From Eledone cirrhosa (lineage: Eukaryota), in the NCBI GenBank assembly GCA_964016885.1, contig OZ024743.1:247380001-247444000 (forward strand): a DNA stretch of 64,000 nucleotides. Reading direction: 5' to 3'. The notes beneath the pieces are model-generated. The model did no database searches and was not told where the DNA came from. It saw only the letters and a program-made list of their open reading frames with translations. Both the position numbers and the translations under genes were made by a program. Numbering within the stretch: position 1 is the first letter of the stretch; each line of letters opens with the position of its first letter. This document shows, piece by piece, positions 26,055 to 35,175 of the stretch.

Positions 26055-28465
26055 TCAGGGGGAGATAATTTGTAAAAAAAAGCAGTTGGAGATAATTTGT
26101 AAAAAAAAACAAGGGGAGATAATTTCCAGCCGTCCAAGGGAAGATAATTTCCAGCCCTCCAAGGGGCTATAATTTCCAGCGTCCAAGGGGAGATAATTTC
26201 CAGCCAGCGAAGGGGAGATAATTTTTTTTAAAAAATCACTGGGAGATTTGTAAAAAAAATCAGGGGGAGATAATTTGTAAAAAAAATCAAGGGGAGTTAA
26301 TTTCCAGCCGTCCAAAGAGAGATAATTTCTAGCCGTCCAAGGGGAGATAATTTCCAGCCAAGGGGAGATAATTTCCAGGCGACCAATGGGAGATAATTTC
26401 CAGCCGTGCAAGGGGAGGTAATTTCTAGCCGTCCAAGGGGAGATAATTTCCATCCTTCCAAGGGGAGATAATTTCCAGCCGTCCAAGGGGAGATAATTTC
26501 CCGCCAGCCAAGGGAAGATAATTTTAAAAAAGATCAGGCGGAGATAATTTGTAAAAAAAATCAGGAGGAGATAATTTGCAGCCGTCCAAGGGGAGATAAT
26601 TTTCAGCCGTCCAAGGAGAGGTAATTTCTAGCCGTCCAAGGGGAGATAATTTCCAGCCGTGCAAGGGGAGATAATTTCCAGCCGTCCAAGGGGAGATAAT
26701 TTCCATCCTTCCAAGGGGAGATAATTTCCAGCCGTCCAAGGGGAGATAATTTCCCGCCAGCCAAGGGAAGATAATTTAAAAAAAAATCAGGCGGAGATAA
26801 TTTGTAAAAAAAATCAGGGGGAGATAATTTGTAAAAAAATCATGGGGAGATAATTTGTAAAAAAAAAATTAGGGGGAGATAATTTGTAAAAAAAAATCAG
26901 GGGGAGATAATTTGTAAAAAAAAATCAGGGGGAGATAATTTGTAAAAAAATCAAGGGGAGATAATTTCCAGCCGTCCAAGGGAAGATAATTTCCAGCCCT
27001 CCAAAGGGCTATAATTTCCAGTGTCCAAGGGGAGATAATTTCTAGCCAGCGAAGGGGAGATAATTTTTTAAAAAAAATCAGGGGGAGATTTGTAAAAAAA
27101 ACCAGAGGGAGATAATTTGTAAAAAAAATCAAAGGGAGATAATTTCCAGCCGTCCAAAGAGAGATAAATTCTAGCCGTCCAAGGGGCGATAATTTCCAGC
27201 CAAGGGGAGATAATTTCCAGCCGTCCAAGGGGAGATAATTTTTTAAAAAATCAGGTGGAGATAATTTGTAAAAAAAATCAGGGGGAGATAATTTGTTAAA
27301 AAATCAGGGGGAGATAATTTGTAAAAAAAAAATCAGGGGGAGATAATTTGTAAAAAAAAATCAGGGGGAGATAATTTGTAAAAAAAAATCAGGGGGAGAT
27401 AATTTGTAAAAAATATCAGGGGTAGATAATTTGTAAAAAAAAATCAGGGGGAGATAATTTGTAAAAAAAAATCAGGGGGAGATAATTTGTAAAAAAAAAT
27501 CAAGGGGAGATAATTTCCAGCCGTCCAAGAGAAGATAATTTTCAGCCGTCCAAGGAGAGGTAATTTCTAGCCGTCCAAGGGGAGATAATTTCCAGCCGTC
27601 CAAGGGAAGATAATTTCCAGCCGTCCAAGGGGAGATAATTTAAAAAAAAAAATCAGGCGGAGATAATTTGTAAAAAAAAAATCAGGGTGAGATAATTTGT
27701 AAAAAAAAAATCAGGGGGAGATAATTTGTAAAAAAAAATCAGGGGGAGATAATTTGTAAAAAAAATCAAGGGGAGATAATTTCCAGCCGTCCAAGGGAAG
27801 ATAATTTCCAGCCCTCCAAGGGGCTATAATTTCCAGCGTCTAAGGGGAGATAATTTCCAGCCTGCGAAGGGGAGATAATTTTTAAAAAAAAAATCACTGG
27901 GAGATTTGTAAAAAAAATCAGGGGGAGATAATTTGTAAAAAAAATCAAGGGGAGATAATTTCCAGCCGTCCAAAGAGAGATAATTTCTAGCCGTCCAAGG
28001 GGAGATTAGTTCCAGCCAAGGGGAGATAATTTCCAGCCGTCCAAGGTGAGATAATTTTTTAAAATATCAGGTGGAGACAATTTGTAAAAAAAATCAGGGG
28101 GAGATAATTTGTAAAAACAAAATCAAGGGCAGATAATTTCCAGCCGTCCAAGGGGAGATAATTTCCCGCCAGCCAAGGGAAGATAATTTTTAAATAAATC
28201 AGGCGGAGATAATTTGTAGAAAAATCAGGGGGAGATAATTTCCAGCCGTCCAAGGGGAGATCATTTTCAGCCGTCCATGGAGAAGTAATTTCTAGCCGTC
28301 CAAGGGGAGATAATTTCCAGCCGTCCAAGGGGAGATAATTTCCAGCCGTCCAAGGAGAGATAATTTAAAAAAAAAATCAGGCGGAGATAATTTGTAAAAA
28401 AAAAATCAGGGGGAGATAATTTGTAAAAAAAAATCAGGGGTAGATAATTTGTAAAAAAAAATCAG
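26055..28465. repeat. Copy of ~20168-22578 (offset 5887 bp)
   Basis: ORF pairs 20168/26055, 20637/26524, 20982/26869, 21879/27766 and 22172/28059 are all offset by 5887. Confidence 0.9.
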
Positions 28466-31400
28466 GGGGAGATAATTTGTAAAAAAAAATCAGGGGGAGA
28501 TAATTTGTAAAAAAAATCAAGGGGAGATAATTTCCAGCCAGCGAAGGGGAGATAATTTTTTAAAAAATCAGGTGGAGATAATTTGTAAAAAAAATCAGGG
28601 GGAGATAATTTGTAAAAACAAAATCAAGGGCAGATAATTTCCAGCTGTCCAAGGGGAGATAATTTCCATCCTTCCAAGGGGAGATAATTTTCAGCCGTCC
28701 AAGGAGAGGTAATTTCTAGCCGTCCAAGGGGAGATAATTTCCAGCCGTGCAAGGGGAGATAATTTCCAGCCGTCCAAGGGGAGATAATTTCCATCCTTCC
28801 AAGGGGAGATAATTTCCAGCCGTCCAAGGGGAGATAATTTCCCGCCAGCCAAGGGAAGATAATTTTAAAAAAAATCAGGCGGAGATTGTAAAAAAAATCA
28901 GGGGGAGATAATTTGTAAAAAAAAATCAGGGGGAGATAATTTGTAAAAATAAATCAGGGGGAGATAATTTGTAAAAAAAATCAGGGGTAGATAATTTGTA
29001 AAAAAAAATCAGGGGGAGATAATTTGTAAAAAAATCAAGGGGAGATAATTTGTAAAAAAAAATCAGGGGGAGATAATTTGTAAAAAAAATCAAGGGGAGA
29101 TAATTTGCAGCCGTCCAAGGGGAGATAATTTTCAGCCGTCCAAGGAGAGGTAATTTCTAGCCGTCCAAGGGGAGATAATTTCCAGCGTCCAAGGGGAGAT
29201 AATTTCTAGCTGTCCAAGGGGAGATAATTTCCAGCCGTCCAAGGGGAGATAAATTCCAGCCTCCAAGGGGAGATAATTTCCAGCCAGCCAAGGGGAGATA
29301 ATTTGTAAAAAAATCAGGGGGAGATAATTTGTAAAAAAAAATCAGGGGGAGATAATTTGTAAAAAAAAATCAGGGGGTGATAATTTGTAAAAAAAATCAG
29401 GGGGAGATAATTTTTTAAAAAAAATCAGCGGGAGATAATTTTAAAAAAAATTCAAGGGGAGATAATTTCCAGCCGTCCAAGGGGAGATAATTTTCAGCCG
29501 TCCAAGGAGAGGTAATTTCTAGCCGTCCAAGGGGAGATAATTTCTAGCCGTCCAAGGGGAGATAATTTCCAGCCGTCCAAGGGGAGATAATTTAAAAAAA
29601 AATGACGATTTGCAGGCGGAGTAACCTTTTAGATCCTGGGCCGGCCGCCCGTGGTCGGGTCGAACTGTAAGTACTGGTACATGTGCAGACACACATTTCC
29701 TGTGTGTGGTGTGATCTTCAAGAAAAACTGCCCATGCTAACTGAGGCAGCTGAAGTCCGCCGGCGAATGGTGTGCTTCGAAGAAAACGAATCCGAAAATG
29801 ACGATTTGCAGGCGGAGTAACCTTTTCGATTGTGGGCCGGCCGCCCGTGGTGGGATCCATCTGTAATTACTGGTACATGTGCAGACACTCATTGGCTGTG
29901 TGTGGTGTGATCTTCAAGAAAAACTGCCCATGCTAAATGAGGCAGCTGAAGTCCGCCGGCGAATGGTGTGCTTCGAAGAAAACGAATCCAAAAATGACGA
30001 TTTGCCGGCGGAGTTACCTTTTCAATCGCGGGCCGGCCGCCCGTGGTCGGATCGATCTATAATTACTGGTACATGTGCAGACCCTCATTGGCTATGTGTG
30101 GCGTGACTTTCAGCAAGATATCTCCGTAAAATCAATAGTTGTGGCTGTGGAACCAAACCGTGTTAAACGTCAACAAAGTCGTTGAGCGTAAGTTTGTTTA
30201 CATTGAACTCGTGGTGGGATCGATCTGTAATTACTGGTACATGTGCAGACACACATTGGTTGTGTGTGGTGTGATTTTCAAAAAAAAACTGCCCATGCTA
30301 AATGAGGAAGCTGAAGTCCGCCGGCGAATAATGTGCTTCGAAGAAGCGAATCACAAAAATGCGGATTTGCCAGCGGAGTTACCTTTTCGATCGTGGGCCG
30401 GCCGCCCGTGGTCAGATCGATCTATAATTACTGGTACATGTGCAGACACACATTGGTTGTGTGTGGTGTGATTCTCAAAAAAAGCTGCCCATGCTAAATG
30501 AGGCAGCTGAAGTCCGGCGGCGAATGGTGCGCTTCGAAGAAAACGAATCACAAAAATGACGATTTGCCGGCGGAGTTACCTTTTTAATCGCGGGCCGGCC
30601 GCCCGGGGTCGGATCGATCTGTAATTACTGGTACCTCTGCAAACATTCATTGGCTGTGTGTGGTGTGATCTTCAAGAAAAACTGCCCATGCTAAATGAGG
30701 CAGCTGAAGTCCGGCGGCGAATGGTGTGCTTCGAAGAAAACGAATCACAAAAATGACGATTTGCCGGCGGAGTTACCTTTTCAATCGCGGGCCGGCCGCC
30801 CGTGGTCGGATCGATCTGTAATTACTGGTACATGTGCAGACACTCATTGGTTGTGTGTGGTGTGATTTAAAAAAAAAACTGCCCATGCTAAATGAGGCAG
30901 CTGAAGTCCGGCGGCGAATGGTGTGCTTCGAAGAAAACGGATCACAAAAATGACGATTTGCCGGCGGAGTTACCTTTTCAATCGCGGGCCGGCTGCCCGA
31001 GGTCGGATCGATCTGTAATTACTGGTACCTGTGCAAACATTCATTGGCTATGTGTGGCGTGAATTTCAGCAAGATATCTCCGTAAAATCAATAGTTGTGG
31101 CTGTGGAACCAAACCGTGTTAAACGTCAACAAAGTCCGCCGGCGAATGGTGTGCTTCGAAGAAAACGAATCACAAAAATGACGATTTGCCGGCGGAGTTA
31201 CCTTTTCAATCGCGGGCCGGCCATCCCTGGTCGGATCGATCTGTAATTACTGGTACATGTGCAGACACTCATTGGCTATGTGTGGCGTGAATTTCAGCAA
31301 GATATCTCCGTAAAATCAATAGTTGTGGCTGTGGAACCAAACCGTGTTAAACGTCAACAAAGTCCGCCGGCGAATGGTGTGCTTCGAAGAAAACGAATCA

Positions 31401-33092
31401 CAAAAATGACGATTTGCCGGCGGAGTTACCTTTTCAATCGCGGGCCGGCCGCCCGTGGTCGGATCGATCTGTAATTACTGGTACATGTGCAGACACACAT
31501 TGGTTGTGTGTGGTGTGATTTTAAAAAAAAACTGCCTATGCTAAATGAGGCAGCTGAAGTCCGGCGGCGAATGGTGTGCTTCGAAGAAAACGGATCACAA
31601 AAATGATGATTTGCCGGCGGAGTTACCTTTTTCTCGATCGTGGGCCGGCCGCCCGTGGTCGGATCGATCTCTAATTACTGGTACATGTGCAGACACTCAT
31701 TGGCTGTGTGTGGTGTGATCTTCAAGAAAAACTGCCCATGCTAAATGAGGCAGCTGAAGTCCGCCGGCGAATGGTGTGCTTCGAAGAAAACGAATCCGAA
31801 AATGACGATTTGCAGGCGGAGTAACCTTTTCGATTGTGGGCCGGCCGCCCGTGGTGGGATCCATCTGTAATTACTGGTACATGTGCAGACACTCATTGGC
31901 TGTGTGTGGTGTGATCTTCAAGAAAAACTGCTCATGCTAAATGAGGCAGATGAAGTCCGCCGGCGAATGGTGTGCTTCGAAGAAAACGAATCCGAAAATG
32001 ACGATTTGCAGGCGGAGTAACCTTTTCGATTGTGGGCCGGCCGCCCGTGGTGGGATCCATCTGCAATTACTGGTACATGTGCAGACACTCATTGGGTGTG
32101 TGTGGTGTGATCTTCAAGAAAAACTGCCCATGCTAAATGAGGCAGCTGAAGTCCGCCGGCGAATGGTGTGCTTCGAAGAAAACGAATCCGAAAATGACGA
32201 TTTGCAGGCGGAGTAACCTTTTCGATTATGGGCCGGCCGCCCGTGGTGGGATCCATCTGTAATTACTGGTACATGTGCAGACACTCATTGGCTATGTGTG
32301 GCGTGAATTTCAGCAAGATATCTCCTTAAAATCAATAGTTGTGGCTGTGGAACCAAACCGTGTTAAACGTCAACAAAGTCCGCCGGCGAATGGTGTGCTT
32401 CGAAGAAAACGAATCACAAAAATGACGATTTGCCGGCGGAGTTACCTTTTCAATCGCGGGCCGGCAGCCCGTGGTCGGATCGATCTGTAATTACTGGTAC
32501 ATGTGCAGACACACATTGGTTGTGTGTGGTGTGATTTTCAAAAAAAACTGCCCATGCTAAATGAGGCAGCTGAAGTTCGGCGGCGAATGGTGTGCTTCGA
32601 AGAAAACGGATCACAAAAATGACGATTTGCCGACGGAGTTACCTTTTTCTCGATCGTGGGCCGGCCGCCCGTGGTCGGATCGATCTCTAATTACTGGTAC
32701 ATGTGCAGACACTCATTGGCTGTGTGTGGTGTGATCCTCAAGAAAAACTGCCCATGCTAAATGAGGCAGCTGAAGTCCGCCGGCGAATGGTGTGCTTCGA
32801 AGAAAACGAATCCAAAAATGACGATTTGCAGGCAGAGTAACCTTTTCGATTGTGGGCCGGCCGCCCGTGGTGGGATCCATCTGTAATTACTGGTACATGT
32901 GCAGACACTCATTGGCTGTGTGTGGTGTGATCTTCAAGAAAAACTTCTCATGCTAAATGAGGCAGCTGAAGTCCGCCGGCGAATGGTGTGCTTCGAAGAA
33001 AACGAATCCGAAAATGACGATTTGCAGGCGGAGTAACCTTTTCGATTGTGGGCCGGCCGCCCGTGGTGGGATCCATCTGTAATTACTGGTAC

Positions 33093-35175
33093 ATGTGCAG
33101 ACACTCATTGGCTATGTGTGGCGTGAATTTCAGCAAGATATCTCCTTAAAAGCAATAGTTGTGGCTGTGGAACCAAACCGTGTTAAACGTCAACAAAGTC
33201 GTTGAGCGTAAGTTTGTTTACATTGAACTCGTGGTGGGATCGATCTGTAATTACTGGTACATGTGCAGACACACATTGGTTGTGTGTGGTGTGATTTTCA
33301 AAAAAAACTGCCCATGCTAAATGAGGCAGCTGAAGTCCGGCGGCGAATGGTGTGCTTCGAAGAAAACGAATCACAAAAATGACGATTTGCCGGCGGAGTT
33401 ACCTTTTCAATCGCGGGCCGGCCGCCCGTGGTCGGATCGATCTGTAATTACTGGTACATGTGCAGACACACATTGGTTGTGTGTGGTGTGATTTTCAAAA
33501 AAAACTGCCCATGCTAAATGAGGCAGCTGAAGTCCGGCGGCGAATGGTGTGCTTCGAAGAAAACGGATCACAAAAATGACGATTTGCCGGCGGAGTTACC
33601 TTTTTCTCGATCGTGGGCCGGCCGCCCGTGGTCGGATCGATCTCTAATTACTGGTACATGTGCAGACACTCATTGGGTGTGTGTGGTGTGATCTTCAAGA
33701 AAAACTGCCCATGCTAAATGAGGCAGCTGAAGTCCGCCGGCGAATGGTGTGCTTCGAAGAAAACGAATCCGAAAATGACGATTTGCAGGCGGAGTAACCT
33801 TTTCGATTGTGGGCCGGCCGCCCGTGGTGGGATCCATCTGTAATTACTGGTACATGTGCAGACACTCATTGGCTGTGTGTGGTGTGATCTTCAAGAAAAA
33901 CTGCTCATGCTAAATGAGGCAGCTGAAGTCCGCCGGCGAATGGTGTGCTTCGAAGAAAACGAATCCGAAAATGACGATTTGCAGGCGGAGTAACCGTTTC
34001 GATTGTGGGCCGGCCGCCCGTGGTGGGATCCATCTGTAATTACTGGTACATGTGCAGACACTCATTGGCTATGTGTGGCGTGAATTTCAGCAAGATATCT
34101 CCGTAAAATCAATAGTTGTGGCTGTGGAACCAAACCGTGTTAAACGTCAACAAAGTCGTTGAGCGTAAGTTTGTTTACATTGAACTCGTGGTGGGATCGA
34201 TCTGTAATTACTGGTACATGTGCAGACACACATTGGTTGTGTGTGGTGTGATTTTCAAAAAAAACTGCCCATGCTAAATGAGGCAGCTGAAGTCCGGCGG
34301 CGAATGGTGTGCTTCGAAGAAAACGAATCACAAAAATGACGATTTGCCGGCGGAGTTACCTTTTCAATCGCGGGCCGGCCGCCCGTGGTCGGATCGATCT
34401 GTAATTACTGGTACATGTGCAGACACACATTGGTTGTGTGTGGTGTGATTTTCAAAAAAAACTGCCCATGCTAAATGAGGCAGCTGAAGTCCGGCGGCGA
34501 ATGGTGTGCTTCGAAGAAAACGGATCACAAAAATGACGATTTGCCGGCGGAGTTACATTTTTCTCGATCGTGGGCCGGCCGCCCGTGGTCGGATCGATCT
34601 CTAATTACTGGTACATGTGCAGACACTCATTGGGTGTGTGTGGTGTGATCTTCAAGAAAAACTGCCCATGCTAAATGAGGCAGCTGAAGTCCGCCGGCGA
34701 ATGGTGTGCTTCGAAGAAAACGAATCCGAAAATGACGATTTGCAGGCGGAGTAACCTTTTCGATTGTGGGCCGGCCGCCCGTGGTGGGATCCATCTGTAA
34801 TTACTGGTACATGTGCAGACACTCATTGGCTGTGTGTGGTGTGATCTTCAAGAAAAACTGCTCATGCTAAATGAGGCAGCTGAAGTCCGCCGGCGAATGG
34901 TGTGCTTCGAAGAAAACGAATCCGAAAATGACGATTTGCAGGCGGAGTAACCGTTTCGATTGTGGGCCGGCCGCCCGTGGTGGGATCCATCTGTAATTAC
35001 TGGTACATGTGCAGACACTCATTGGCTATGTGTGGCGTGAATTTCAGCAAGATATCTCCGTAAAATCAATAGTTGTGGCTGTGGAACCAAACCGTGTTAA
35101 ACGTCAACAAAGTCGTTGAGCGTAAGTTTGTTTACATTGAACTCGTGGTGGGATCGATCTGTAATTACTGGTACA
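33093..35175. repeat. 957-bp pentameric higher-order repeat (168+197+200+196+196); also at ~39832-41914 and ~48000-49000
   Basis: Anchor positions 33093, 33261, 33458, 33658, 33854, 34050, 34218 ... 35175. ORF offsets 33183/34140/35097, 39922/40879/41836 and 48013/48970 all equal 957. Confidence 0.92.
33552..33568 (+). promoter_or_regulatory. CENP-B-box-like motif CTTCGAAGAAAACGGAT (representative copy; putative only)
   Basis: Matches 8 of the 9 essential positions of NTTCGNNNNANNCGGGN with exact spacing. The commoner CGAA variant matches 7 of 9. Function is not shown by sequence. Confidence 0.3.

Larger units (their letters stand above)
1..29603. repeat. Satellite array 1: composite 25-bp / 27-28-bp minisatellite with GGGGAGATAATTT core (roughly 1,100 units by length; open at window start)
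   Basis: Continuous head-to-tail runs of CAAGGGGAGATAATTTCCAGCCGTC (25 bp) alternating with runs of CAGGGGGAGATAATTTGTAAAAAAAA(A)T (27-28 bp), plus recurrent 21- and 24-bp deletion variants. Single orientation throughout; no unique sequence seen. Confidence 0.98.

Noticed and set aside
1-29603. CRISPR, iteron or telomeric repeat interpretation of the 25-bp units
   Set aside because: There are no unique spacers and no rep gene. The heterogeneous two-type units with multi-kb duplications do not fit telomerase-templated repeats.
1-29603. G-quadruplex array from G4-G5 runs
   Set aside because: The G-runs are separated by about 21-23 nt, far longer than canonical loops, so stable intramolecular G4 is not supported.
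29581-29700. Transposon end or target-site duplication at the junction
   Set aside because: There is no terminal inverted repeat, LTR or unique sequence, and the A-run is a normal part of array 1's transition unit. The far ends of both arrays lie outside the window.
118-29860. Many minus-strand ORFs (WKLSPLGRLEIISP, AGNYLPLD repeats)
   Set aside because: They are three-frame translations of a 25-bp unit. Unit lengths are mostly not multiples of three and the homopolymer lengths vary freely. The minus-strand bias simply reflects TAA in nearly every plus-strand unit.
30030-30110. tRNA/SINE or 5S rRNA-derived monomer (GGCCGCCCGTGGTCGGATCG resembles a Pol III A-box start)
   Set aside because: There is no GTTCRA B-box at a suitable distance, no cloverleaf, and no recognisable 5S or snRNA sequence.
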